Of a stretch of DNA of 64,000 bases, positions 8,987 through 18,602 are shown one piece after another; position 1 is the first letter of the stretch, and each line of letters begins with the position of its first letter. The DNA comes from a phage: the sequence record PZ166176.1. The stretch is one strand, 5' to 3'. Made by a program: the position numbers and the translations under genes. The notes below the pieces were generated by a model. The model was given only the letters and a program-made list of their open reading frames with translations, did not search any database and was not told where the DNA came from.

Positions 8987-9404
8987 CTAAAATCTCCTCT
9001 TTTGTAATATTATCCAACTCTTTAAAGGATGAAATCTCGTTTAATAATCCTATTTGATCAGCTTCTAGAGGATAAGTGTTTTTATCTGTTTTTCTAGACA
9101 GAATATCTTCAACAAACTTATCAATAGCCAAAGAAGAATCATAAAATTTTAAAAGTTGGTAATCCATAGGAGATATTTTGTCATCTCTTAGAAATATTTC
9201 TAACATGTTTTCAGGAGTGTCATGGTTTAGTTTATGTTCACCAAAAATATTAACTTCATAAACATCTTTGCCAAACCAACGTTTCTTCTTTTCAACAGTA
9301 TAGGTTTTTGCCACCAGACCATCTAAACAGTTTCTTGCCCTCTTACATGTTTGACGGTAAGAGTGGATAGCGCCTTCAACAAACTTAGCAGGAACTTGTA
9401 ACAT
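8970..9404 (-). CDS. hypothetical protein
   Basis: Track ORF 144 aa. Confidence 0.45.
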   Translation of the reverse strand: MLQVPAKFVEGAIHSYRQTCKRARNCLDGLVAKTYTVEKKKRWFGKDVYEVNIFGEHKLNHDTPENMLEIFLRDDKISPMDYQLLKFYDSSLAIDKFVEDILSRKTDKNTYPLEADQIGLLNEISSFKELDNITKEEILDGIRL

Positions 9405-9449
9405 TATTAATCTCCTATGTTTAAGAAATGCCCCCGAAGGGGCAGTTTG

Positions 9450-10142
9450 TTAAATAGCGGTTCCTTCGAAATCCGCCACATTTACGAGATTAATATTTTC
9501 AGATTTAGAAGTCAAGTTGTTTTCTGCAACAGATTTTTCTTCAGTATCCGCCTCGTTACCTGCCACGTTACGAGGTTCTTCTTCACCGTAGGGATTACCG
9601 AATTTCAAAAGATTGATCAATTCTTCTTTGGAGAAGTTTTCTAAATCATCATCTGTTAATTCAATAATCTCGTCTTGTTCTTCAATAAATGTTTCACCAC
9701 CAGAAAAAGCATCTCGCTTTTTAGCTACTTCCATAGCCTGTTCTGGTGTTGCCCCTGCATCAAGAGCAGCTAAAGCAAAATCTGACCCACTCCCTACTGC
9801 ATAATATTCTTCATCAATCGGGTATGCACGTGTTGGGTTGTTACCTTCGTGCAGGAAAATACGTCCGTCTGGATGAACAACAAGTGCAATAAACTCTTCA
9901 TCTTCTTTATCTGGATCAGAGTGAATCATCAAACCAGGGACAGCATCACGTGCTGCTTCGCACTGTAGATTTTGTTCAAACCATTGAAAGAAAGAAAGCA
10001 CGGAGGTCAGACGACCAGCACCACCTACAAGGTAATCTCCAATTTTTCGGACCTTTTTGAAATTAATAGAATCTACACGCCCACCAAAAGTTACCTTACC
10101 GTCACTCAAAATCTTATTTTTGGTTGCAATAATTGTCGTCAC
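9450..10142 (-). CDS. hslV: HslV (ClpQ)-like N-terminal-nucleophile peptidase with acidic C-terminal extension
   Basis: MTTIIA N-terminus (Thr nucleophile after Met), KKVRK, GGAG, AVGSGSDFALAALDAG align with E. coli HslV landmarks. Confidence 0.6.
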   Translation of the reverse strand: MTTIIATKNKILSDGKVTFGGRVDSINFKKVRKIGDYLVGGAGRLTSVLSFFQWFEQNLQCEAARDAVPGLMIHSDPDKEDEEFIALVVHPDGRIFLHEGNNPTRAYPIDEEYYAVGSGSDFALAALDAGATPEQAMEVAKKRDAFSGGETFIEEQDEIIELTDDDLENFSKEELINLLKFGNPYGEEEPRNVAGNEADTEEKSVAENNLTSKSENINLVNVADFEGTAI

Positions 10143-10645
10143 TATTCTTCCTCCTCTGTTAATGTTTTAAGAACCGCTTTCCCGCCATTCACATATTTGC
10201 AGATGTATTCTATCGCACGTAGTGTCTCTTTGTCAACAAAAATTTGATCAGACGTTGCGAGCGGGTTATTAAGAAGATCACTGCAATCACGAACAAGCAG
10301 TGCTTTCTTATTAAACAAATTACTTAAGAACAGTAACTTCGCCTCTTCTTCTGTTATGTGCAGAAGGCTAGGATCGGAGCCAGCTATTCCTATTATACAA
10401 TCAAACAAGCTTTCTTTACTATCAGAAAGTTCTTGAAAATGGTTTAAAAGCCAATCTTCTCCTAGACACCAACATTTAAACATTTCCAGTTTATCTCGGA
10501 GGGTCATATTCTCTAAAGTAAGAGCAATCTCTTTTTCAATATGGTTTACACAAATTTGACGAAATTCGTTAGGTTTTACGAGTCCCGTTTGATAGCACTC
10601 ATCTATACCGCTTCTTCCGATAGCTATTGTTGCTACACCCATCAA
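10142..10645 (-). CDS. hypothetical protein
   Basis: Track ORF 167 aa. Confidence 0.45.
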   Translation of the reverse strand: MMGVATIAIGRSGIDECYQTGLVKPNEFRQICVNHIEKEIALTLENMTLRDKLEMFKCWCLGEDWLLNHFQELSDSKESLFDCIIGIAGSDPSLLHITEEEAKLLFLSNLFNKKALLVRDCSDLLNNPLATSDQIFVDKETLRAIEYICKYVNGGKAVLKTLTEEEE

Positions 10646-10677
10646 TCCTCCTTATAAATGGCTTCCCTGCCACATTA

Positions 10678-11436
10678 TTAAATAAACACTTCAGTAATCA
10701 GTTTAGACAAACGTCCACGTTTATTATCGTCCGTTGTCAGTTCAACATATCCAATAAAATCTACAATTGGCTCACGAACACCTTCTTCATTCTCTGGATA
10801 TAAAAGTTCCAAAATTTGATGCAGACCATTGCTACGTTTTTTAATTGCATATGTCTGGCGAACATCGCCTAATACAATAACATGCGTATTAATACCTGCA
10901 CGTTCAATAAGAAGTTTAAGTGTTTCTGTTGACATAAGTTGTGCTTCGTCAATAATGACGATTGTATTATCCAGGGTGGCCCCCAACAAATAGTTAGGAA
11001 TATTCAATTCGATCTTACCTGATCCAATATCGTTTTCCAATTTGTTGGCTGTCATGAATTGCTGGAAAATACGTTTTGTAGATTCATAGTGTGCTGCTAG
11101 TTTATCTGTTTTATCCCCAGACAAGAAACCAATCTGGTCATCTCCGACTTCAGTAGGGTTCTTGATAAAAAGTAGTTTACGGAAGTCTCCTGAACGAAGC
11201 ATCTGCAAAGCTTTCCATAAAGCAACAGAGGTTTTACCAGTCCCTGCCGGAGCATTTACAACAGTCAGATCATTCCAAATCATGCTTTGAACAATCTTAT
11301 TTTGGTCCCCTTCAGGCATAAATTCATCTAAACGGTAATCGTCATTACCTACCGCTTTTGCTGCATAACGGCTTTCAATCTTTGCTGAATTAGCCAGTTT
11401 CTGCCGTTGTGTTTTAGCTGCGGTTTTATTTCCCAT
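10678..11436 (-). CDS. phoH: PhoH-like ATPase
   Basis: Walker A GTGKTSVAL and PhoH-like downstream blocks; start moved to internal ATG (MGNKT) preceded by AAGGAG. Confidence 0.75.
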   Translation of the reverse strand: MGNKTAAKTQRQKLANSAKIESRYAAKAVGNDDYRLDEFMPEGDQNKIVQSMIWNDLTVVNAPAGTGKTSVALWKALQMLRSGDFRKLLFIKNPTEVGDDQIGFLSGDKTDKLAAHYESTKRIFQQFMTANKLENDIGSGKIELNIPNYLLGATLDNTIVIIDEAQLMSTETLKLLIERAGINTHVIVLGDVRQTYAIKKRSNGLHQILELLYPENEEGVREPIVDFIGYVELTTDDNKRGRLSKLITEVFI

Positions 11437-11473
11437 AGTAGCACTCCTTTTAGAAGGGGCCGAAGCCCCTTTA

Positions 11474-11974
11474 TTAGTTGTAAGCATCTAAAGTTCCAGA
11501 AGTCAGAACTTTAATTACTCGTTCAGCACGGTTTGGCGTCTGGCTATACCATCGGCTTTTACGCATGTTTTTACCTGCTTGAGTATAATATGCATTGCTG
11601 ATTAAAGTCAAGCTATTTTGAAACCCTTCAGCACCTTTTAACCCCAACTGGAAAACCATGTTAATTATTCCCAATTTACGAGTATCACTAACCTTATCAT
11701 AGATTGGTGATAAGATAGTACTGTTTTTTATGTCTCTCTTCACTTTTGCAACATCGTCAGCAAAGATTTGACGGGCTTCTTTTTCCGTGATAACTCCATT
11801 AGTCTTACGACCAAGAAGATTATCTAAGATTTGAATAGCCTTTGCTTTATCTTTTATTTTAGTCAGAAGGTGTCCTATGCCGACTGTCCAATAACCAAGA
11901 TGGTCTTGATAAACAGTAAGCTTCAGTCCTTCATCGACTCGTAGCATATCAAACTCATCTACTACTTTAGCCAT
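11474..11974 (-). CDS. T4-type lysozyme (endolysin)
   Basis: FDMLRVDEGLKLTVYQDHLGYWTVGIGHLL ... RWYSQTPNRAERVIKVLTSGTLDAY closely parallels T4 lysozyme. Confidence 0.85.
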   Translation of the reverse strand: MAKVVDEFDMLRVDEGLKLTVYQDHLGYWTVGIGHLLTKIKDKAKAIQILDNLLGRKTNGVITEKEARQIFADDVAKVKRDIKNSTILSPIYDKVSDTRKLGIINMVFQLGLKGAEGFQNSLTLISNAYYTQAGKNMRKSRWYSQTPNRAERVIKVLTSGTLDAYN

Positions 11975-11981
11975 TTACTTC

Positions 11982-12131
11982 CTATTCGTCGTCTCCTACT
12001 CCGTGATCCAACTCGTTAAACAACAGATGTTCTGGAGAAGTTTCACGTTTTGGTTTCGTTTTCTTTATGTTGGACTTCAGCTCATTTGCCAAAGCACGAG
12101 AAAAGATCTTACGTTTCTGTTTACTTTTCAT
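11982..12131 (-). CDS. small basic hypothetical protein (49 aa)
   Basis: ATG 5 nt after glutaredoxin stop; MKSKQKRKIFSR...; below track size cutoff. Confidence 0.3.
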   Translation of the reverse strand: MKSKQKRKIFSRALANELKSNIKKTKPKRETSPEHLLFNELDHGVGDDE

Positions 12132-12136
12132 AATTG

Positions 12137-12397
12137 TTACTCCGCAATTTGAGCCATGAGATCACGCAGTTCGGTAAAACCGCCTACGTATGTTACCTCC
12201 CCGTTCACTTCGGACAGAATTTGTGGAAATGTGCGTGGAGGAACTCCGGTAAGATCAACAACTGTTTTAGTCATTGATTCTAAATCATAGTCTTGATCAA
12301 GACTTAAATATTCAAACTGTTTATTGCGCATGGTTAATAGTTGTTTTGACATTTCACAAAATTGACAGTTAGGTTTACCAAAAATTACAAATTCCAT
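12137..12397 (-). CDS. glutaredoxin / NrdH-like redoxin
   Basis: CQFC active-site motif near N-terminus, 86 aa, next to RNR genes. Confidence 0.65.
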   Translation of the reverse strand: MEFVIFGKPNCQFCEMSKQLLTMRNKQFEYLSLDQDYDLESMTKTVVDLTGVPPRTFPQILSEVNGEVTYVGGFTELRDLMAQIAE

Positions 12398-13239
12398 TAC
12401 CTCTCCTTATTAAGTAATACTGCTAAAGACTGTTCAATACCTTTATTTAAATCTGATTTTGTAAGATAGTGACTGGTTACTAGTTGTGACTTCACCGGAC
12501 GTGCTGCTGGAGCATTATAGGTTGAAGCTGATACCGCCGATATCTTAACAGGTTCTGGCATCTGTGTCAAGATCTTTTCCGCAAACTCCGCCCAAGAAAT
12601 AAGATGGCTTCCTGCAAAATGGTAAGTCTTAACAGACCTTGACCAACCTGTTTTTAATACTTCAAAAATAGCTTCTGCTAAATCTGGAGCATATGTTGGA
12701 CAAGAGAACTGATCAGCAACAATAATAAAATCACGTTGTCCATCATTATAGCGAGACAACATGGTTTTTAGAAAGTTATTTCCAAATTCGCTATATACCG
12801 AGGCTGTTCGAATAATATATGCATTTGGGTTAACTCCTCGCACCATTTTTTCACCAAGTTCTTTCGTATACCCATAATTGTTTATTGGGTTAGGTGTAGT
12901 ATCTTCAAAAATAGGATGAGAATAATTAAAAATATAGTCTGTGGAAATATGCACAAAATCGATTTTAAGTTTGCTGCACACTGCCGCAATATTTGCAGGT
13001 CCATACGCATTAACAGCCAAAGCAGTAGCAAAATCATGTTCTGCTTTATCTACAGCCGTATAAGCGGCGCAATTAATAACCCCATCTACATAATCTTCAA
13101 CAATAGCGTTTCGCACAGCTTCAAAATTTGTAATATCTACACGTTCTTTAGGATAAATTAAAGATACATTTGAAGGAACCACTTTACGTAAAGCTTGTCC
13201 CAGTTGTCCATTACCACCCAATACCAGATATGTTAGCAT
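12397..13239 (-). CDS. rmlD: dTDP-4-dehydrorhamnose reductase-like (RmlD)
   Basis: N-terminal Rossmann LVLGGNGQLGQAL and YGYTKELGEK (YxxxK) as in RmlD. Confidence 0.65.
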   Translation of the reverse strand: MLTYLVLGGNGQLGQALRKVVPSNVSLIYPKERVDITNFEAVRNAIVEDYVDGVINCAAYTAVDKAEHDFATALAVNAYGPANIAAVCSKLKIDFVHISTDYIFNYSHPIFEDTTPNPINNYGYTKELGEKMVRGVNPNAYIIRTASVYSEFGNNFLKTMLSRYNDGQRDFIIVADQFSCPTYAPDLAEAIFEVLKTGWSRSVKTYHFAGSHLISWAEFAEKILTQMPEPVKISAVSASTYNAPAARPVKSQLVTSHYLTKSDLNKGIEQSLAVLLNKER

Positions 13240-13799
13240 ACACCCTCGCTACGTAACTGTTGAAAAGATTTAGCCATTGCATCTTTTGTTGATAAAATAG
13301 GTTTAAAACCTTCGTCAAAAATCATATCGAAGCCCCAATCAATCCCTATATCAGGATCATCCCAACGTAAACTTTGTTCACTAGAAGGGTCGTATGGAGT
13401 TGTGCATTTGTATTCAAAGATCGCATCCATACTCAAAACTATGAAACCATGTGCCAAACCAGGAGGAAGCCAAAACTGCGTATGGTGTCGTGCACGAAGA
13501 ACAACACCGTCCCAAGCACCGTAAGTTGGGCTATCTTTACGTAAATCTACAGCGAAATCCAATACTTCCCCACTTACACAACGAACAAGCTTACCTTGCG
13601 GATTATTTGTTTGAAAATGCATTCCTCGCAAAACACCGAAGTTTGATTTAGACATATTATCTTGAACGAAAGTTTGTTTACCAATGATATCTTCGTATTT
13701 TTGTTCATTGTATGTTTCTAAAAAGAAACCACGATCATCTTTATAAACGTCTGGTTTGATAATTACCGCACCTTCAATTTTTGTTTTTTCTACTTTCAT
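13233..13799 (-). CDS. rmlC: dTDP-4-dehydrorhamnose 3,5-epimerase (RmlC)
   Basis: DDRGFFLETYNEQ, VLRGMHFQ, GKLVRCVSGEV, PPGLAHGF, YDPSSEQSLRWDDPDIGIDW closely match RmlC. Confidence 0.8.
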   Translation of the reverse strand: MKVEKTKIEGAVIIKPDVYKDDRGFFLETYNEQKYEDIIGKQTFVQDNMSKSNFGVLRGMHFQTNNPQGKLVRCVSGEVLDFAVDLRKDSPTYGAWDGVVLRARHHTQFWLPPGLAHGFIVLSMDAIFEYKCTTPYDPSSEQSLRWDDPDIGIDWGFDMIFDEGFKPILSTKDAMAKSFQQLRSEGVC

Positions 13800-13808
13800 T
13801 TTCTCTCC

Positions 13809-14135
13809 TTACCAGACGTGTTGAGAAATAATAGTTTCCGTTTTAATATTATATTTTTCAAGTAGCTCTGCATAGGCTTCTTTTGCATTCTCATTCAATT
13901 GCTCAAGATCTACAGCTATGCTTCCTTCTCCGCCTTCTAAATCAAGGCCGTATATGCAATAAGACTCATCCGCATCGTAGAAAGGAGAGATGCGGCTTAA
14001 GTCCAGACCTTCTTGTAAGAACCAGTTAAAATCTCCATCAAATTCTTCTTCAATTCTAGGATCTTCTCCTACAGCCTCTTCCCACTTATTAAAAGGTGCA
14101 CCCTGTAACATACGCCATTCGATATCAATACCCAT
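13809..14135 (-). CDS. hypothetical acidic protein
   Basis: Track ORF 108 aa. Confidence 0.45.
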   Translation of the reverse strand: MGIDIEWRMLQGAPFNKWEEAVGEDPRIEEEFDGDFNWFLQEGLDLSRISPFYDADESYCIYGLDLEGGEGSIAVDLEQLNENAKEAYAELLEKYNIKTETIISQHVW

Positions 14136-14289
14136 TTTTCATCTCCTCCTCTTCTTGAGCAGCTTTAATAATTGCTTCATAAATATCGTAAGCAATGCCT
14201 CCACAACATCTAGCTTCGAAAGCTATTGCTTCTGCAATGTGATCTGTTAATTCTCGTGGAATGCGGACATACTCTTTTTCACTCTCCAT
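14125..14289 (-). CDS. small hypothetical protein (54 aa)
   Basis: ATG-initiated ORF overlapping neighbours by a few nt; below track cutoff. Confidence 0.3.
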   Translation of the reverse strand: MESEKEYVRIPRELTDHIAEAIAFEARCCGGIAYDIYEAIIKAAQEEEEMKNGY

Positions 14290-14431
14290 CTTCTACCTCC
14301 AACCCTTCTTTTTCAAAGACTACTACTCGTCCCTCACCATGACAATTCAGGCAAGGAAATGTTACCATAATTTCCACTTCCATCTGTCCAGTCCCACCGC
14401 ACACAGGACAAAAAATAAGTTTTTCAGCCAT
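14279..14431 (-). CDS. small zinc-ribbon protein (50 aa)
   Basis: MAEKLIFCPVCGGTGQ...FPCLNCHGEG: two CxxC pairs; start overlaps upstream stop (TAATG). Confidence 0.35.
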   Translation of the reverse strand: MAEKLIFCPVCGGTGQMEVEIMVTFPCLNCHGEGRVVVFEKEGLEVEDGE

Positions 14432-14640
14432 TATTCCTCCTTAATTATTTCAAACTTGGCAACACCATTTACAATAATATGACCACAAGACATAACTCCT
14501 AGCCAAGGATCGCCGTTTTTCTTCCGGCGTTTACCGAATACATCACAAAAACCATTCTTCATTTCGGAGGCTTCATAAGAAGCCCCTTTGTCAAAAACGT
14601 CTTTGAATGTGTCGATTATACCAACACATCTCAAAATCAT
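14431..14640 (-). CDS. hypothetical small protein
   Basis: Track ORF 69 aa directly downstream of nrdB. Confidence 0.4.
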   Translation of the reverse strand: MILRCVGIIDTFKDVFDKGASYEASEMKNGFCDVFGKRRKKNGDPWLGVMSCGHIIVNGVAKFEIIKEE

Positions 14641-15725
14641 TAGAAGTCAAGCTCCTCATCATCAGAGAGATCTTTGTTAGCTGAATTCAATTTGTAATTA
14701 GTTAACTGAATCTCTTGGGCTGCTGACTGAATCAAATCAGGATTCAACCATTTTTCCATCCAAGCTAAAGGACTATGTTTAGGTGCTTTAAACTTGGCTT
14801 TCATTTTCAATCGACGATAAATAGGAGCAGCATTGAAATAAACCCACTGTTTAGACAATTCGGCGTTAAGACCTACAATAAAACGACCTTCACTAAACAG
14901 GTAGTCACACCACTGTTCCTCTTGTTCAACAACAGTGTCGAGGATCAAAGTCAACTCTTCAATATTGTCTTCGTAAATTTTACGCCAAATTGGGTCATGC
15001 ATCAATGCATCAATTACAGCATAATCCATCTTAACATGCAAGATTTCATCTAGCATAATTTTCTGGATCAGTTTACAAGCCCCAACAAACAGTTGTTGTT
15101 CTGCCATAGCAAAAGTAGCAGAGAAGGAAGATATAAACTGAATACCTTCTAATCCAATCAGGGCTACCATCCCTTTAAGAATCAGCAATCGAAGTTCATC
15201 GTTAGCTTCAATCAATCCTAGAGCATACTTATGACCAGCTTCTTCCAACTGACCCATGATATCAGCAATGATACCCATACGATTGAAAATTTTATCATTA
15301 ATCATAATCTGATTGATGACTTCAATTGGATCTGGAGTACATTGACGGATTATTTCAGAATACGTTAACGCATGGAGAACTTCCATTTCACTCTGCTTCA
15401 TCATCATAGCACAGGCTTCATTGTTACTCAAGAATGGAGAGAACAAAGTGATGATTGATTTTGCAAGAGAATCATTTTCCCATTGGAACGATAAGTTTTT
15501 AATCATAACATCGTAGTTGTTTTTAGAACAAGCTACGAAATCTTTACGTGTCTGATCCAGATTAACTTCGTTTTCATCCCAATCTTGTGCTTTTTGAAGC
15601 TTGTAGAGTTTGTGCATTTCTGGGTAAGTTACGTTAACAGAATCAAAGATCCCTAATTGCTCCCCCAAAAATACTGGATATTTTCCTGTTTTGTAAACTT
15701 CATTGTGTAAATTAATTGCTGCCAT
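14640..15725 (-). CDS. nrdB: ribonucleotide reductase class Ia small subunit (R2)
   Basis: 361 aa, ferritin-like, adjacent to nrdA; C-terminal acidic tail DDEELDF. Confidence 0.8.
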   Translation of the reverse strand: MAAINLHNEVYKTGKYPVFLGEQLGIFDSVNVTYPEMHKLYKLQKAQDWDENEVNLDQTRKDFVACSKNNYDVMIKNLSFQWENDSLAKSIITLFSPFLSNNEACAMMMKQSEMEVLHALTYSEIIRQCTPDPIEVINQIMINDKIFNRMGIIADIMGQLEEAGHKYALGLIEANDELRLLILKGMVALIGLEGIQFISSFSATFAMAEQQLFVGACKLIQKIMLDEILHVKMDYAVIDALMHDPIWRKIYEDNIEELTLILDTVVEQEEQWCDYLFSEGRFIVGLNAELSKQWVYFNAAPIYRRLKMKAKFKAPKHSPLAWMEKWLNPDLIQSAAQEIQLTNYKLNSANKDLSDDEELDF

Positions 15726-16050
15726 TTAAATCCTCCACTATTTCACAAAAACCTCTTAAGCTTAAAATATCTTCTTCCTCAAAATCATTGCTCCGGTAGA
15801 AAGCTTCCAGTGCTTCCCATACGCTTCTACCAAGTATAACAGTCACTGTTTCTTCACTTCTTGCCCTTGTTATTGCGTAAGCCGTGGCTTCTGGATAAAA
15901 AGATTCCCAAATCTGCATGTTAGCTATTTCAAGACCGCCAAGATAATGGTGGCACCAAGTAGGGGTAAAATCTTCAGGGCGAATCAACAGAGGCTTAAAC
16001 CCAGGTCGGTAGATTGGGGTTACTCCAGGTAAAACTATAAGTGTGCTCAT
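15712..16050 (-). CDS. hypothetical protein
   Basis: Start moved to internal ATG (MSTLIV) preceded by GAGGAGG and downstream of the nrdA terminator. Confidence 0.45.
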   Translation of the reverse strand: MSTLIVLPGVTPIYRPGFKPLLIRPEDFTPTWCHHYLGGLEIANMQIWESFYPEATAYAITRARSEETVTVILGRSVWEALEAFYRSNDFEEEDILSLRGFCEIVEDLNGSN

Positions 16051-16063
16051 AATCCTCCTCAAT

Positions 16064-16082
16064 AAAAAGGGGCTGAAGCCCC
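16064..16082 (-). terminator. rho-independent terminator after nrdA
   Basis: Minus strand GGGGCTTCAGCCCC hairpin followed by TTTTT. Confidence 0.5.
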
Positions 16083-16090
16083 TAGTTTCA

Positions 16091-18331
16091 TCACATTTTG
16101 CAAGCTTCACAACCACCATCAGAATCTTCTTGTGCTAAAGAGTCTGCTGATTTTGTTCTACTATTAAGGTAATACAATGACTTGCCACCCAGTCTGGCAA
16201 AATTCAGAATAAACTGCATCTCAGCTTTCACTGATAAACGTCCACCTACCAATTTAGAATAATCTAGCCAAGAATCACAAGAAATTCCTTGGTCCGTGAA
16301 TTTGGTAAAGATACCATACATTTCTGCAAGATCTTTAGCCGGAGTATCCCAGGCGGATTGGTAGAACATTTTCAGTTTTTCGTAGTCTGGAACAATAAAT
16401 AATACACTACCTTTCTGACTTTGTTTATACATGATAGTATCACGAACAGGATACAGAGAGTTAGTAGTATTGCTTACCAAACTGCTGGACTCATTAGGTG
16501 CAATAGCAGCCAAGACACTGTTACGGATACCACCTTGTTCAATGATTTCAGCACGTAAGCCTTCCCAGTCCATTTTAAGATCAAAATTACCGATACTATC
16601 TACTGTTTTAGCATAAGTGTCAATTGGTAGCCAACCTTGAGGCCATTTGGTCTTATCGATCCACTCTGCATTACCTTTTTCCTTAGCCAGACGCAGAGAG
16701 GCTTTTGCCAACCAAAAGTAATGACGTTCTGCAAGTTCATGCATTAATTTTTTAGCATAAGCATCTGAATAATTTACAAAATTACTTGCCAAGTAATGCG
16801 CTAAGTTTGTAATGCCTACACCAATAGATCTACGTGCTTTAGCAGTTATTTCGTTATGTTTAAATGGATAATCCATTGTTTCAATAACGTTGTCAATTGT
16901 CAATACAGTGTAGTATGCAACATCCTCATATTCTTCAGGTAAGACACGACCAGCCACAATAGAAGATAAGAAGCATAAAGCCAATTCTTGATCTTCTGTA
17001 TTCTCACCAGTAAAGAGATCCGGCATACTGTGGAAAGCTTTAGTTGGTAAGAAGATCTCTTGACACAGGTTTGATTGATACACCGTATCCAGGAAAGGTG
17101 TATGGTTGTTAACGTTGTCAGCAAAGAACATGTAAATACGTCCTGTTTCTGCACGTTGAACAATAATCTCTGTCAGAAGATCACGAGCCTTAACAAATTT
17201 TTTCTTAATGCGACGACGGCTTACTTTGTCATAAACTGCATCAAACTCTTCTTCACTTTTATACAAAGCTTCATAAAGTTCAGGAGCATCATCACAACTA
17301 ACTAACATCCAATCTTCGTTTTTTGCTGCTCGACGCAAGAACGAACGGTTAACAACAATAGAATAATCCAGTTTGTCTACTCGTTTATCTATAGGTGTTG
17401 TTGGATTCTTCAGTCGAATCAGATCGTCGAAGTCTGGTTCAAGTATGGTAAAGGTAACTGTAGCACTACCTCCACGACTTGCTTGCTTCGAAGCTCCAAC
17501 ACTATCTTCCATCCATTTCAGATACGGAAGAAGACCACCATGAATAATACGATTATTCTTAACACCTTGACCTGTGGCACGAGTTTGAAGATTAACACCA
17601 ATACCTGCGTTATTCAACGTATACTCATGAGCTAAGTAATTAGCAATGGCTAAAGACTCTGCCGTATCGTCTGCACGGAATAAACAACAAGACGCACTTC
17701 CTTTGATTGGAGTTCGTAGAGTTGTCAGATACGGCGATGGCAGATTAATCTTAAGATCGCTAACATAAGTATAAAGTTTTTTAATATCTTCTATACGGCG
17801 TTCTTTTGGTTGGATCTCCATAACCTTCATTGCGATACCAATGAAAAGAAACTGTGGAGACTCATGCACCACATCGTTTACTGCATCTCGAATAAGATAT
17901 TTATCTACCATCTGGCGTAAAACAGAATAACCATAAGTTAGATTTTTATTATGCTTTACAATCTTACCGATTTCTTTGATCTCTTCATCAGTATAATCCA
18001 TTTTAGCCCAATGTCCACGTTCTACCATATCATGATAAAAGGTATTCAGTGAAGGGATACTGTGGTATCCCCCATGAGCCTGTTTGTAAATCATACCCAG
18101 AAGAAGTCTTCCTGCCATATCACTGTAAGCTTGTGTTTTCTTGTCAATACACGCTGCAATCATTGCTTTATGCAGATCACGTGTAGACACACCGTCATAA
18201 CACCGCTTCACAGCTTCTAATTCAATTTCAGACCAGTTTAGTTTACCTGCTGCAAATTCAGACCACTTGCGAAGTTTTTCTGGATTAAACTCCTCTGTCT
18301 TACCATTAGATTTAGTTACAAAACGAATCAA
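16091..18331 (-). CDS. nrdA: ribonucleotide reductase class Ia large subunit (R1)
   Basis: 746 aa; ATP-cone-like N-terminus, catalytic-core blocks, C-terminal redox cysteines ...GGCEACKM. Confidence 0.85.
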   Translation of the reverse strand: MIRFVTKSNGKTEEFNPEKLRKWSEFAAGKLNWSEIELEAVKRCYDGVSTRDLHKAMIAACIDKKTQAYSDMAGRLLLGMIYKQAHGGYHSIPSLNTFYHDMVERGHWAKMDYTDEEIKEIGKIVKHNKNLTYGYSVLRQMVDKYLIRDAVNDVVHESPQFLFIGIAMKVMEIQPKERRIEDIKKLYTYVSDLKINLPSPYLTTLRTPIKGSASCCLFRADDTAESLAIANYLAHEYTLNNAGIGVNLQTRATGQGVKNNRIIHGGLLPYLKWMEDSVGASKQASRGGSATVTFTILEPDFDDLIRLKNPTTPIDKRVDKLDYSIVVNRSFLRRAAKNEDWMLVSCDDAPELYEALYKSEEEFDAVYDKVSRRRIKKKFVKARDLLTEIIVQRAETGRIYMFFADNVNNHTPFLDTVYQSNLCQEIFLPTKAFHSMPDLFTGENTEDQELALCFLSSIVAGRVLPEEYEDVAYYTVLTIDNVIETMDYPFKHNEITAKARRSIGVGITNLAHYLASNFVNYSDAYAKKLMHELAERHYFWLAKASLRLAKEKGNAEWIDKTKWPQGWLPIDTYAKTVDSIGNFDLKMDWEGLRAEIIEQGGIRNSVLAAIAPNESSSLVSNTTNSLYPVRDTIMYKQSQKGSVLFIVPDYEKLKMFYQSAWDTPAKDLAEMYGIFTKFTDQGISCDSWLDYSKLVGGRLSVKAEMQFILNFARLGGKSLYYLNSRTKSADSLAQEDSDGGCEACKM

Positions 18332-18347
18332 CTTCTCCTCCCTATTA

Positions 18348-18602
18348 TTAATGCATATTCAAAACATCTACATCATAACCGAACTTCATTTCATTAAAAA
18401 GTCCATTAGCATATAGAAAACCTTCAAAATGAGTTATGTCATCAAACCCTTTTGCTTTTGCTCGACGGTCTGCTTCTTGTCTTTTAGGAGATAAACGTTT
18501 TGAAGTGTCTAGAATTACAGTTACATTACAACCAACAGTTTCATCAAAATAGACTTCGATTTCACAGCCTTCATATTTATTATCAGTCATTGTCCCTCTC
18601 AT
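18348..18602 (-). CDS. hypothetical small protein
   Basis: Track ORF 84 aa. Confidence 0.4.
   Translation of the reverse strand: MRGTMTDNKYEGCEIEVYFDETVGCNVTVILDTSKRLSPKRQEADRRAKAKGFDDITHFEGFLYANGLFNEMKFGYDVDVLNMH

Noticed and set aside
16050-16119. Track start at 16119 for ORF 15712..16119
   Set aside because: Would overlap the nrdA 3' end and run through the terminator hairpin; internal ATG at 16050 has a GAGGAGG RBS
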